A stretch of 64,000 bases of DNA, from assembly GCA_022842585.1 (NCBI GenBank), contig JALHPI010000001.1:2298-66297 (forward strand), written 5' to 3'. Shown piece after piece: positions 28,028-38,057 of the stretch (position 1 is the first letter of the stretch; every line of letters begins with the position of its first letter). A program made the position numbers and the translations under genes. A model generated the notes under the pieces. It was not told the DNA's origin. It was given only the letters and a program-made list of their open reading frames with translations, and did not search any database. Source of the stretch: Minisyncoccota bacterium (GTDB lineage Bacteria; Patescibacteriota; Minisyncoccia; Phycocordibacterales; Phycocordibacteraceae).

Positions 28028-29119
28028 CTACTTTTTTATCTGATGTTTTCGCCATAAGTCTATATGCGGATTAAAGACACCCGTCTTCCGACGCACTTTC
28101 TCCACCCACGCCGGATTATCAATATACCACTGCACGGTTTCCGTGAACGCCTCCTCAAAGTTATGAGTTGGCGCCCAGCCAAGCTCTTTCTTTATGAACG
28201 AAGCGTCTATCGCGTACCGGCGGTCGTGCCCCGGGCGGTCGGAGACAAATTCAAGCATGTTCTTTCCCTTACCAAAGTAGCCAAGGATGCGGTGGGCAAT
28301 CTCACGGTTATTAAGCTCATTATCAGCACCTATGTTGTACACGGCACCAGGGGTGCCTTTAAGGAGACAGAGCTCGAGCGCTTTACAGTGGTCGAGTACA
28401 TAAATCCAATCGCGCACGTGGTTGCCGTCGCCGTAGAGAGGAAGCGTTTTTCCTTCAAGCATGCGGAGCACAAAGAACGGAATGAGCTTCTCTGGGTACT
28501 GGCGGGGGCCATAATTATTGGAGCAGTGCGTCACCACCACCGGTACCCCCCACGTATTGTGATACGCGCGACACAGCATATCGCCCCCAGCTTTGGTCGC
28601 GGCATACGGCACGTTCGGTGCAAATGCGGTGTCTTCGGAGAAGAGAGCCTTTGACTTCAAATCAAGCGAACCGTACACCTCGTCGGTTGAGACTTGTACG
28701 AACGATTGCACGTTCCCGGACGCTTTCACCGCCTCAAGGATATTGAACACGCCGGTGACATTCGTATTGATGAACTCGAGCGCGCCCACGTGAATACTGC
28801 GGTCGACATGCGTCTCTGCTGCAAAGTTAATAACGTAGTCAGGTTGATATTTCTTAAATGCGGCAGTGATTGTTTTTTGGTTTGCGATGTCACCTTTTAT
28901 AAACGTGTAACGCGCATCCTTTGCATAGTCGCGTAGATTGTCCTGATTGCCCGAATACGTGAGCTTATCGAGATTCACGACACTCACCTTGGGGTACTTT
29001 CCGAGGATGTGGCGTATGAAGTTGGAGCCGATGAATCCGGAGCCGCCGCACACGAGTATTGTCTTCTTGTTAAGCGAAGCCTCCGACGGGGTCCGTGCTC
29101 GCGTCGCTTTTTTTGCCAT
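28028..29119 (-). CDS. rfbB: dTDP-glucose 4,6-dehydratase
   Basis: DKLTYSGN, AAETHVDRSI, STDEVYG, YPEKLIP, DRPGHDRRYAID. Confidence 0.96.
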   Translation of the reverse strand: MAKKATRARTPSEASLNKKTILVCGGSGFIGSNFIRHILGKYPKVSVVNLDKLTYSGNQDNLRDYAKDARYTFIKGDIANQKTITAAFKKYQPDYVINFAAETHVDRSIHVGALEFINTNVTGVFNILEAVKASGNVQSFVQVSTDEVYGSLDLKSKALFSEDTAFAPNVPYAATKAGGDMLCRAYHNTWGVPVVVTHCSNNYGPRQYPEKLIPFFVLRMLEGKTLPLYGDGNHVRDWIYVLDHCKALELCLLKGTPGAVYNIGADNELNNREIAHRILGYFGKGKNMLEFVSDRPGHDRRYAIDASFIKKELGWAPTHNFEEAFTETVQWYIDNPAWVEKVRRKTGVFNPHIDLWRKHQIKK

Positions 29120-29131
29120 AGTGAGCTGATT

Positions 29132-30061
29132 CTATACTTCCTCCTGCACGATGTAAATCGGGCGTTTTTTGACCTCCTCAAACGTCTTGCCGAGATACAG
29201 CGCTACCACGCCAAGCATGGTGGAAAGAAAGCCAAAAATAAGCCAGAGCGAAGCGAGTAGGAACGCAAACGGACTCACTGCAATTCCCATAAATCCTTGT
29301 ATGAGAAGATATGCGGCATATAGGACGGCAAGAAACGTAACGACGATTCCTAATTTCACAATGAGCCGTAGAGGTCCTTCCGAGTATGCAAGGATGATAT
29401 CGGTCGCAAGCGAGAAGAGTTTCGCGAGCGAATACCCTGACTTCCCTCCTTTGCGCGGCGCGTGTTCTACCGGTACCTGCGCGGTGCGAAACCCTACCCA
29501 ACGCACCATGACGGAGAAATACCGCATGTGATCTCGCAGTGAGAGGACCGCATCGATAACCTTCCGATGATAGATGCCGAAGTTCGCCACCGTGCGATCC
29601 TGGTACCTTCCCGACAAATAACTGAGCGTCGCATAAAACGCGCGCGAGACGAAGGAGCGCACCAAGCCGTCATGACGCTTCTGACGGGAACCGACGACGA
29701 CGAAGTACCCTTCCTGCGCTTTCGTATACATCTGTTCTATTTCTTCCGGCTGGTCCTGCAAATCACAATCCATCACCACTACCCATTCGCCCCTGCTTGC
29801 CGCAAGCCCTGCGGTCAACGCTGGATACTGGCCGAAGTTGCGGGAGAGATTGATACCGCGGACGCGGGAATCTTTTTGTGCGAGTTTCTGTATCACCTGC
29901 CACGCGTTATCGGGACTCGCATCATTCACGAGGATGAGTTCGAATTCGGACGTTATCTTCTCTACGGTCGCTACCACTCGCAGGTGGAGCTCGTTGAGAG
30001 CATCGTCAGAACCATACACGGGAACAACCACCGATATCTTTGGCTTCCCCGCTTGTTGCAT
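29132..30061 (-). CDS. Glycosyltransferase family 2 (GtrB/ArnC-like, polyprenol-P)
   Basis: SVVVPVY, VNDAS, LSRNFGQ, MDCDLQD; two C-terminal TMs. Confidence 0.9.
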   Translation of the reverse strand: MQQAGKPKISVVVPVYGSDDALNELHLRVVATVEKITSEFELILVNDASPDNAWQVIQKLAQKDSRVRGINLSRNFGQYPALTAGLAASRGEWVVVMDCDLQDQPEEIEQMYTKAQEGYFVVVGSRQKRHDGLVRSFVSRAFYATLSYLSGRYQDRTVANFGIYHRKVIDAVLSLRDHMRYFSVMVRWVGFRTAQVPVEHAPRKGGKSGYSLAKLFSLATDIILAYSEGPLRLIVKLGIVVTFLAVLYAAYLLIQGFMGIAVSPFAFLLASLWLIFGFLSTMLGVVALYLGKTFEEVKKRPIYIVQEEV

Positions 30062-30152
30062 ATACCGGCATCATATACAGCTTGCTTCCCTTTGGAAAGC
30101 AGGGGCAAATGACGCTCTAGCTCAAACCGTACATACCCGCTACCATGCATGT

Positions 30153-31418
30153 ATGGTGCGCACCCTTAAAGACACGTTAGTTACTACATTGCGTTGGAGC
30201 CAAGCGTACACCAAGACCGACATGGTATACCTCGCTTCCGGCGGGTTTTGGCTCGTGCTCGGACAGGCGGTCTCTTCCCTGTCGGCGCTCGCTTTGGCGG
30301 TAGCGTTTGCAAACCTCGCCCCTCCTGAGACCTACGGTACCTATAAGTACCTCCTGTCGCTTGCAGGACTATTTGCAATCTTTTCGCTCCCCGGGATAAA
30401 CACCGCGCTCGCACGTGCTACGGCGCAAGGGCAAGAAGCCACCATTCACGCAACGACGCGTTCGCGCATCATATACGCGTCTCTCGGTAGCGTATGTGCA
30501 GTAGTCGGGAGTGCGTATTATTTCTTTAATGGGAACATGGAGCTCTCGATTGCACTCCTTATTATTGCGGCTACCCTGCCATTTTTTGATACCTTTACTT
30601 CCTATCTGTTCTATTTCGTCGGGAAGCGCCGATTTGATTTGCGAACGAAGTATTATGCGCTCACCCAAGTACTGAGTACTGCGGTCCTTATAGCGACACT
30701 CGCCTTCACCGACAATCTCTTGATACTGCTCACGGCATATTTCCTACCTCTGATAGGTATCCGCACAGCACTGTATTGGCACATAGCGCGAGCCATTCCA
30801 CAGACCGCACCTAAAGAGCAAGAGACGGAGGTGAAGCAATACGGCATGCACCTGACGGCAATGCAAATTCTGAGCACCATCGCAAACGAAGTGGACAAGA
30901 TTCTCATATGGAAATTCTTAGGGCCGGTACAAGTGGCCATCTACACGTTTGCGCTCGCCATTCCGGAACAAATTAAAGGCCCTCTGAAGGGAGTCGGCGA
31001 GCTTGCCTTCCCAAAGTTTGCAGAACAAACATCAGAAGAAATACGGCAGAACCGCCCCGCACTCTTCCGCAAACTCGCCCTCTATGCGCTCGCACTACTT
31101 GGCGTTTCCCTTCTCTATGCGCTTGCGGCTCCCTATGTCTTCCAGTTCTTATTCCCTCAGTATATGGAAAGCGTCGTCTATTCCCAGTGGTTTGCACTTT
31201 CCATAGTGACCGGGATAGCAACTATTCCTAATGCGCTACTGGCAGCCCAAAAGAAAACAAAGACGCAATATATTATTTCCGTCGTCCAACCACTGCTCAC
31301 CATCGGCCTTCTCGTGATACTCATTCCGCTCTATGGGATTATGGGCGCCATTGTCGCCCTTCTACTCAGCAGATTCGCGACCGTCGTGACGTATATCGCT
31401 ATGGTGCGCGCACTCTAG
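30153..31418 (+). CDS. Oligosaccharide flippase (Wzx/MOP family)
   Basis: About 12 TMs, YGTYKY, VDKILI..FLGP..VAIY, YGIMGA. Confidence 0.85.
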   Translation: MVRTLKDTLVTTLRWSQAYTKTDMVYLASGGFWLVLGQAVSSLSALALAVAFANLAPPETYGTYKYLLSLAGLFAIFSLPGINTALARATAQGQEATIHATTRSRIIYASLGSVCAVVGSAYYFFNGNMELSIALLIIAATLPFFDTFTSYLFYFVGKRRFDLRTKYYALTQVLSTAVLIATLAFTDNLLILLTAYFLPLIGIRTALYWHIARAIPQTAPKEQETEVKQYGMHLTAMQILSTIANEVDKILIWKFLGPVQVAIYTFALAIPEQIKGPLKGVGELAFPKFAEQTSEEIRQNRPALFRKLALYALALLGVSLLYALAAPYVFQFLFPQYMESVVYSQWFALSIVTGIATIPNALLAAQKKTKTQYIISVVQPLLTIGLLVILIPLYGIMGAIVALLLSRFATVVTYIAMVRAL

Positions 31419-31429
31419 CGGGCACCCTG

Positions 31430-32500
31430 TTACGCCATAATGCGCTCCACCCGACGCTTCCATGAATATTCGACAACGCGGGTACGCGCCTCTTCCGCAC
31501 GCGCGTTGCCACCAGCAATCGCTTTTTGAATGCCATCAGCGAGTGCGTGTGCATCATCCGGCGGTACCAGATACGCGGCCGTATCATCTACCACTTCGCG
31601 AATACTCGGCAAATCACTTGCAACGATGGGAATGCCGCTTGTCATATAGGCAAACAGCTTCAACGGCGAAGTAAAGGATACCGATATCTCATCCTTGCCG
31701 GTGTTCGGAAGTACGAGCACATCGGCCGCCGCCATATTATTGGCAAGCGCTCGATAAGGGTGCGCGCCAAGAAAGCGCACCTGCGGGTATCGACGAGACA
31801 GCTCTTCTACCTGATGCGGCTCACCCCCGATAATTACGCACTGTATATCCTTCATATGCGCTGATGCTTCAAGAAACGTGTCTATGCCCTTCCACCCATC
31901 AAGCCGTCCGATATACATGGCTATGGAAGCATCCTGCGGAAGTCCTAATCGGGTACGCGCCACTTCTTTTGACTCTGGGTGGGCAAACGCCTCAAGATCA
32001 ACGCCGTCGTGGGCAACGCATATCTTTTCAGCTGATACACCGCGTGCGATATAAAAGTCTTTCAATCCTTGGCTTATCACTATCATCCGTTTTGCTCGCT
32101 CTGCAACAACGCGCGCCACGCTACTCCACGCACCGGTGTGCGACTCCCATACATAGGGCGGGGTCTGGAAGCGCAGCACCAGTTCATCTCGGCTATACAG
32201 CAGGTCGAAAGAAGCCGAACCCAGATACTTTCTCACTGCCCACGAAAATGAAAGGGTCTCAGCATAAAAGCCAACCGTTCCGAACGAAACGGTATCCATA
32301 ACTTGCAACCGTCGTATCGAAAAAGTCTGTGATACGCCGTAGTACGAGAATGCATCTTCTGGTATGGACGTTTTTCGGTCAGGGACAAGCAGTTCCACCT
32401 CATACCCACATGCAACGAGCGCCTCACAGGTTTTCATTATTTGAATACCATGCGCTTTTTCAGTTGGCATGCGCACATTGGCACAATAGATAATCTTCAT
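31430..32500 (-). CDS. Glycosyltransferase family 4
   Basis: RMPTEKAHGIQI, TSPLKLFAYM..G.PIVASD. Confidence 0.92.
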   Translation of the reverse strand: MKIIYCANVRMPTEKAHGIQIMKTCEALVACGYEVELLVPDRKTSIPEDAFSYYGVSQTFSIRRLQVMDTVSFGTVGFYAETLSFSWAVRKYLGSASFDLLYSRDELVLRFQTPPYVWESHTGAWSSVARVVAERAKRMIVISQGLKDFYIARGVSAEKICVAHDGVDLEAFAHPESKEVARTRLGLPQDASIAMYIGRLDGWKGIDTFLEASAHMKDIQCVIIGGEPHQVEELSRRYPQVRFLGAHPYRALANNMAAADVLVLPNTGKDEISVSFTSPLKLFAYMTSGIPIVASDLPSIREVVDDTAAYLVPPDDAHALADGIQKAIAGGNARAEEARTRVVEYSWKRRVERIMA

Positions 32501-33429
32501 AGAGACTCGTACGCTTGCTTGATACGCGGAATGAGCGAGGCGAGTGAGTGATGCGTGCGAACATACTCTCTTGTAAGCGGGAGTGCGCTAATAGCCGGAT
32601 CAGTAGAGTCAACCAGACACCCGCATGAAGCAGCCTCTAGTACCACCTTGTCTAACGAACCGGTCTCAGAGCGATGTACGAGGCGGGCCGCACGGCGATA
32701 CTCCTCACGAAGCGTCTCTTCAGTGCAAGGACCGAGAAACACCACTGACGCCTGAAGCTCCTGCGCGAGCGCCTCTAATCGCTCACGCTCAGGTCCTTCC
32801 CCTGCAATACGAAGCGACACCCCCTCCTCGTGCGCGAGTCGTATCGCGAGATCGTGGCGTTTGGTCGGCATGAGGCGCCCTACCGAGAGCAGATCAGAGG
32901 CACGCATGGAGTGTTCGTCCGGTGTCCAGTAATCAGTATCGATACCATGCCCCATCACGCGCACTTTCTTTGACGCGAGACGGAAGCTTTCTTTGGAAGC
33001 GGTGAATACTATGTCTGCAAACCATTCCGCAATACGCAACTTCATATCAACCGATTTGTGCGTATACCAGAGCGCGATTTTCTTCCGCATGAGACGCCAA
33101 TCAAGGCCGGTAAGTGCTAGGTACTCAGGATTCATGTGGACGAATACCGCATCGTATTCTTTGCGCAGGCCGTAGACGAGCTTCAAAAACCGCCATGCGT
33201 ACTGCACACGATAAATGATATGATATATCATATCATTTATCGTTGAAGGGGTTTTTTCTTTACCAAGGGAATGAACGATGACGTTTGGCGGTAACCGGTA
33301 CTCCCCTTTCTTCAAGCAAATGACCTGTATGGAGTCGAAGTGCTTTGAAAATTCCTCGAGCCAGTGGTGGAAGAACCCGAGCACGGGATCATTCTTGTCT
33401 ACGACCTGCGTGACGATGAGGAGTTTCAT
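32497..33429 (-). CDS. Glycosyltransferase family 4
   Basis: VGRL...K, GSLDKVVLEA; carries an in-frame palindromic segment. Confidence 0.9.
   Translation of the reverse strand: MKLLIVTQVVDKNDPVLGFFHHWLEEFSKHFDSIQVICLKKGEYRLPPNVIVHSLGKEKTPSTINDMIYHIIYRVQYAWRFLKLVYGLRKEYDAVFVHMNPEYLALTGLDWRLMRKKIALWYTHKSVDMKLRIAEWFADIVFTASKESFRLASKKVRVMGHGIDTDYWTPDEHSMRASDLLSVGRLMPTKRHDLAIRLAHEEGVSLRIAGEGPERERLEALAQELQASVVFLGPCTEETLREEYRRAARLVHRSETGSLDKVVLEAASCGCLVDSTDPAISALPLTREYVRTHHSLASLIPRIKQAYESL
33208..33243. repeat. Perfect 36-bp palindrome within a GT4 CDS
   Basis: acgataaatgatatgatatatcatatcatttatcgt equals its own reverse complement. Confidence 0.95.
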
Positions 33430-33947
33430 GGAAGCTCAGAGAGCGAACGGACAACGGGCCAGCGGCCATCCCCTTCCTTCCCGTCACGGCGCATTTCATG
33501 GACTTTCATGTTTGGGAAAGCAACACTCATAAGTTCAAGCTCATGAATTCTATCGTCTGCAAATACTGCTTCTTGCCCATAGTATCCTGGCCAATCTTTA
33601 AGGAATTCTGCTTTGAACTTTTCTCCGGTATACAAAGCGGTAACCCGAACAACATCGGCGAGAGCGCTTTCCACTTTTATTTTTTGCAGCGCCTCATTCC
33701 CGAACGTGATAATAACCGCCTCATTGCCAAGCATCCGCAAGAACTCTGCGACATCGGCATAGAGGAATTGCGCAAGCTCGCCAGAGGCAAATGCTATCTC
33801 TCCTGATTGAGCGCGCTCATTCAATGACGCTGCGACATCCACTTCAGGCTCACCGGTGATACTCGCATCACCATCGCGTTCTGCAAGATACTCTTTGAAA
33901 GTATCCGTATCAAAAAGCGTCCGGTCGAAATCAAGAAAGTACATCAT
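33426..33947 (-). CDS. HAD-superfamily hydrolase
   Basis: FLDFDRTLFDT (motif I), FADD (motif IV). Confidence 0.75.
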   Translation of the reverse strand: MMYFLDFDRTLFDTDTFKEYLAERDGDASITGEPEVDVAASLNERAQSGEIAFASGELAQFLYADVAEFLRMLGNEAVIITFGNEALQKIKVESALADVVRVTALYTGEKFKAEFLKDWPGYYGQEAVFADDRIHELELMSVAFPNMKVHEMRRDGKEGDGRWPVVRSLSELP

Positions 33948-34803
33948 GGTCGTTTCCGTACACTCTTTCTAATAGTTCTACATCTTTTTCGGACTGAGTG
34001 AGTAATGCATTATTTTTACGCACCAGTGCACTAAGCAACGCGTCTCCCTCCGTATCCTCAGTCTTCTTATACAACTGGCGAAACGCCTCCATGTCCTTTA
34101 TGAAACAATCGCCGCCGGCTCCTCTTCCTTTCTTATCGGTATGCCCGCTTGCGTCCACCGGGAATAAGTGGGAGGCACCGATGCGTGGGTCGGAAGCAAG
34201 CGCCTCGCGCACTGTCTCGTAGTCGACACCAAGCGTATGCGCAAGATCGTAGAAAAGATTGGCGAGCACCACTTTATTCGCGAGAAACACGTTGCCCGCA
34301 TACTTCGTGAGCTCAGCCGCACGCGACGGCATGATGTTTGTATACGGCGCTTTTGCGCAAACCGAGAGTACGAGCTCTGCGGCGTCTTGATGGAGCGCAT
34401 CCTCTTCGGGTATACCGATAAGCGTACGGGTAGGGTGCGACGCGTCATGTGCCGCATGCTTTTCGCGCAAGAACTCGGGGGAACATAGCACGATGCGGTC
34501 ATGGAATTCTTTCTGGAGCGACTCGGTAGTGCCCGGAAGAAGCGTTGATTTCACCACCGCAATCTTTCCCGTGCCAACCAATGGAATGACGGCACGCACG
34601 ATAGAGGCATCGAAGCCGTCTTTGGTCGTAGGAGTGGGTACGGCGACGAATACGATGTCGCAGGTTGCTATCGCCTCTTTGTTTTGCGCGTACGGTGCCT
34701 CAAGGGCATAGCGCACGACCGTATATCCGCGCGCCTCGAAATCATTGGCGTAGTTCTTCCCTATCCAGCCCTGTCCGATGAATCCTATGGTCGGCTTTTT
34801 CAT
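33931..34803 (-). CDS. UDP-glucose/GDP-mannose dehydrogenase family (short form)
   Basis: GQGWIG, AVPTP, KST..PGT, PEFLRE, AELTKY..N, GGDCFIKD. Confidence 0.85.
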   Translation of the reverse strand: MKKPTIGFIGQGWIGKNYANDFEARGYTVVRYALEAPYAQNKEAIATCDIVFVAVPTPTTKDGFDASIVRAVIPLVGTGKIAVVKSTLLPGTTESLQKEFHDRIVLCSPEFLREKHAAHDASHPTRTLIGIPEEDALHQDAAELVLSVCAKAPYTNIMPSRAAELTKYAGNVFLANKVVLANLFYDLAHTLGVDYETVREALASDPRIGASHLFPVDASGHTDKKGRGAGGDCFIKDMEAFRQLYKKTEDTEGDALLSALVRKNNALLTQSEKDVELLERVYGNDHDVLS

Positions 34804-35768
34804 GAGAGCAGCGGCGCAAGCGCTTCGGCAAGTTTCTCCGGATCATGGCGCGCAAGCGAACGAGGCACGGGGTCTTCAGGCACGGGAGGCACCGCATGCA
34901 CGGAAGCAATAGCGGTACGAATAACGCGCACGTCGTCTCCTAAGTCATCCTCCACCGGTGCCTCCCCTTCCTGCTGGTACTTCTCAAGCACATCTTCATT
35001 AAACCCTCCATTCTTATGAACCAATATGACTTCGGGTTTTTTGCCTGCGTAGCGGGCAATTTCTGCAATATAGTCGGACGCATGCATGCCTCCGGTCTGT
35101 CCTGACTTCGTAAAGAGATTCATGATGTATATAAGCTTTGCATTGCTTTGCGCTATTGCTTCTTTGAAGCCATCGGCGATAAGAGGAGCGATGGATGATG
35201 CATAGAGGTCACCTGGACCAAGAATGATGACATCTGCTTCCGCTATCGCTTCTAGCACTGCAGAAGAAGCGGGTGTCGCTACCTCATACGAAATAGTATC
35301 GATACGCGCACGCTCTGGCGCATGCTCGTCAAGCCGGTTCTCTCCGCGAATAATCGACCCGTCCGCAAGCGTTGCAAGAAGCGTGGTAGGTACGTCCGTT
35401 GCCGGAATAACTCTTCCCGAGACGCGCAGAATCTTTGACGCTTCCTCAAGCGCTTTGGCGTCGGAGCCGAGCAAGTCAGTGAGCGCGGTAAGGAAAAGAT
35501 TGCCGAGGTTATGGCCTTTTATGTCACCTTTTGCGAATCGGTATGCGAATAAATCGCGAAGTACGGGACCATCCTCAGCGAGCGCGACGAGCGCTTGGCG
35601 TGCGTCGCCAAGCGGGAGGAATCCATACGCGTCCCGCAAACGACCGGTTGAACCGCCATCGTCCGCCGACGATACGATGGCGGAAAGCGAAAGGCCAGGG
35701 AGCCTGCGAAGTGCGGAGAGCACTACGAATGTGCCAGTTCCGCCCCCGATAGTGACAATCTTTTTCAT
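34800..35768 (-). CDS. yvcK: YvcK/GlmR family UDP-GlcNAc-binding protein
   Basis: IGGGTG, DDGGSTGRLR, GHNLGNL, GPGDLY.S. Confidence 0.9.
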   Translation of the reverse strand: MKKIVTIGGGTGTFVVLSALRRLPGLSLSAIVSSADDGGSTGRLRDAYGFLPLGDARQALVALAEDGPVLRDLFAYRFAKGDIKGHNLGNLFLTALTDLLGSDAKALEEASKILRVSGRVIPATDVPTTLLATLADGSIIRGENRLDEHAPERARIDTISYEVATPASSAVLEAIAEADVIILGPGDLYASSIAPLIADGFKEAIAQSNAKLIYIMNLFTKSGQTGGMHASDYIAEIARYAGKKPEVILVHKNGGFNEDVLEKYQQEGEAPVEDDLGDDVRVIRTAIASVHAVPPVPEDPVPRSLARHDPEKLAEALAPLLS

Positions 35769-35791
35769 ACCGTATTACGCGGAGAGTATCA

Positions 35792-36958
35792 CTAGTATGC
35801 CTTATCCGCACCTTGCGACAGAACGCGCGCAAGATCTTCAGCTATGAGGCGCGGCAAATCTTCGTACTTCGCCAGATGCTCGAGTACTGCCTGTTCTGCA
35901 TTCATGGAGAGGGTACGGCGCAGTTGATGGTCACCGATAATCGCATGCATATGCGCGGCCATGTTTGCCGTATCCCCAGGCGGGGTCGAAAGCACGTGTT
36001 CATAACCCTTCAAAACCTCGCCGACGATGCCCACGTCTGTAGTGATGATGGGGAGCCGCGCGAGTGCCGCTTCAACGAGCGTTCTTCCGTATCCTTCATA
36101 CGCGCTTGCTTGTATGTAGGCATGTGCACTTCGCATAAGACCCCAAGCGTCCTTACCCTGCTCTCCCATAAAGAGTACCCGGGAAGTCAGGTTCAGCTTT
36201 GCCGTAAGCTTCTCAAGCTTGGCGCGCTCGCTCCCCTCTCCGACGATGACCAGTCCCACGGAAGGATAGGTGAACGAGATTTTTCCAAGAGACATGAGGA
36301 TATCTTCGATGCGCTTCTCCGGTTCAAGTCGTCCTGACGTCATGAATGCAAAAGAAAAATCATGTAGCGGAAGCGGGACGGCGGAAGGAACGTTCCTACC
36401 CACTGAAATAGGTAGGACGCTCGGTTCGTGGATTTCATTCTTATATACCGAAAGGAGTGAGGTACGTATGCGTTCAGACACCACGCGAATGCCGTCTGCG
36501 CGCGGAAGGACTTTTCGCGCGATTTTTAGCCGTAGTCCGTTTAAGAACGGTGCATGAATTTTCATCGAGCGAAACACACCGCTCCTGATAAACCACGGGG
36601 AAAGGAAGTCGGTATGCACCTGAATATGCAGTTTTGCCGAGGTTCCCTGTACCGCCTTCTTCGCGCACCATCCGTATTCAAACGGGTCCTGCGCGGAGAC
36701 AATGGCAATCTCCTCGCGAAGGATGAGCTCATGTGCGAGCTTTGGAAGTCGCATAAGCGTGCTAAGCGCCCCGCCCTCTAAAGGATGAAGCACGAGCGGG
36801 CCGTCTATTTCCTCGACTGCGCCGCGTGCCGCGCGGGACATGATATGGAGCGTACCGCCCGAAACACTGATAGCATCCGCGTATGCGCGCATGCGCTCGC
36901 GGGTCGCGCTCCCGCGTACGAATATGCCCGGATCGTTCGAGATGAAGAGTACGTTCAT
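35792..36958 (-). CDS. Glycosyltransferase family 4
   Basis: QDPFE, EGYGRTLVEA, TTDVG. Confidence 0.9.
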   Translation of the reverse strand: MNVLFISNDPGIFVRGSATRERMRAYADAISVSGGTLHIMSRAARGAVEEIDGPLVLHPLEGGALSTLMRLPKLAHELILREEIAIVSAQDPFEYGWCAKKAVQGTSAKLHIQVHTDFLSPWFIRSGVFRSMKIHAPFLNGLRLKIARKVLPRADGIRVVSERIRTSLLSVYKNEIHEPSVLPISVGRNVPSAVPLPLHDFSFAFMTSGRLEPEKRIEDILMSLGKISFTYPSVGLVIVGEGSERAKLEKLTAKLNLTSRVLFMGEQGKDAWGLMRSAHAYIQASAYEGYGRTLVEAALARLPIITTDVGIVGEVLKGYEHVLSTPPGDTANMAAHMHAIIGDHQLRRTLSMNAEQAVLEHLAKYEDLPRLIAEDLARVLSQGADKAY

Positions 36959-38052
36959 AGGGATGACTTTAAAATCTGAGCCGTAGTATCTGAAAGGGTG
37001 TCTATGGAGAAACGCTTCGATGAGCTGCGTGCAGCCTCTGACAGGCGTTCTTGCAAGGGTGTATCGATGAGAATCGCTCGTAGCGCTTCAGTAAGTTCCT
37101 TGCATTCATTCGGACGCACCAGCATGCCATTACTGCCGTGCGTGATAAGTTCGGTGTTCCCACCTACGCTTGTGGTCACGATTGGTTTCCCAAGCGTAAG
37201 CGCTTCAATAAGCAAATGGGAGAGTCCTTCATACGACGTATTGAGCGCAAACACATCTCCCGCCTCCATGACTGCAAGCGTATCCTCATGAGATAGCTGT
37301 CCCGTGAGCACGCAGGCGGTACCGAGCTTTTGTTTCGCATATGCATGGAGTGCCTCTGACTGCGGCCCGCTCCCGACAATCGCAAGCGATGCGGGAATCG
37401 TCTCGCGTATTTTCACGAGCGCGTCGATGAGGCCGTGCATGCCTTTCCAGGGGACGAGTCGTCCGACTGAGACCACAAGCGGATGCGGGAGCGCTTGTAC
37501 CGCTTCTGGGACCGTACCTAGGTGTTCAATAGAGACTGCGTTATGAACAACCGTAATCCGGTCTTCCGGAACAGGCCAGGACGATACTATTTTTTTTAAA
37601 TACAAACTCGGTACCAGTATCTTTTTTGCATGGAGCGCTACGTATCGCTCCACTTGCTTTAATCGCTGTACGAAAAACGGGTGCGTGCGACGCTTCACGA
37701 ACTCATCAAGCGTATCGCGCACCCCAAAGCGTTGCGTCCCCTGCTCCCATGCGTAGTCCCCCACTATTTTTACGAAAAACGGCTTGCCGAGAATGCGCGC
37801 GGCAAGAAGTGCGGGAAGTCCGGTCGAAACGGGATCAAGCGCAAGTATAGCGTCCGCACGTCTCCCACGCGCATAAACCGCGAAAAAATATGCAAGATGA
37901 CGCACAAGCTTCGGGTATGCGCGGACATCCGAAAATTTCACGAGCAGTACCTCAATGCCACGTGCAGGCAGTTCGCGCTCGAGAATCGCGGCATAGGTGG
38001 CCGGCCCGCCTGACTCGGGCGGATACAGCGGCGTTGCGATGAGTAATTTCAT
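36955..38052 (-). CDS. Glycosyltransferase family 4
   Basis: YPPESGGPATY, VGRLVPWKG, YEGLSHLLIEA. Confidence 0.92.
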   Translation of the reverse strand: MKLLIATPLYPPESGGPATYAAILERELPARGIEVLLVKFSDVRAYPKLVRHLAYFFAVYARGRRADAILALDPVSTGLPALLAARILGKPFFVKIVGDYAWEQGTQRFGVRDTLDEFVKRRTHPFFVQRLKQVERYVALHAKKILVPSLYLKKIVSSWPVPEDRITVVHNAVSIEHLGTVPEAVQALPHPLVVSVGRLVPWKGMHGLIDALVKIRETIPASLAIVGSGPQSEALHAYAKQKLGTACVLTGQLSHEDTLAVMEAGDVFALNTSYEGLSHLLIEALTLGKPIVTTSVGGNTELITHGSNGMLVRPNECKELTEALRAILIDTPLQERLSEAARSSSKRFSIDTLSDTTAQILKSSL

Positions 38053-38057
38053 CGAAT

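Noticed and set aside
26491-29119. Standard dTDP-L-rhamnose operon
   Set aside because: rmlC is absent from the window and the cluster continues into deoxy/methyl-sugar genes; rhamnose synthesis is possible only if rmlC lies elsewhere.
29838-30152. Long N-terminal extensions in the ORF track (flippase, also 26612, 38124, 39584, 42526, 52179, 59071, 61540)
   Set aside because: They overlap neighbouring genes; downstream ATGs match family N-termini and often follow a -10 box.
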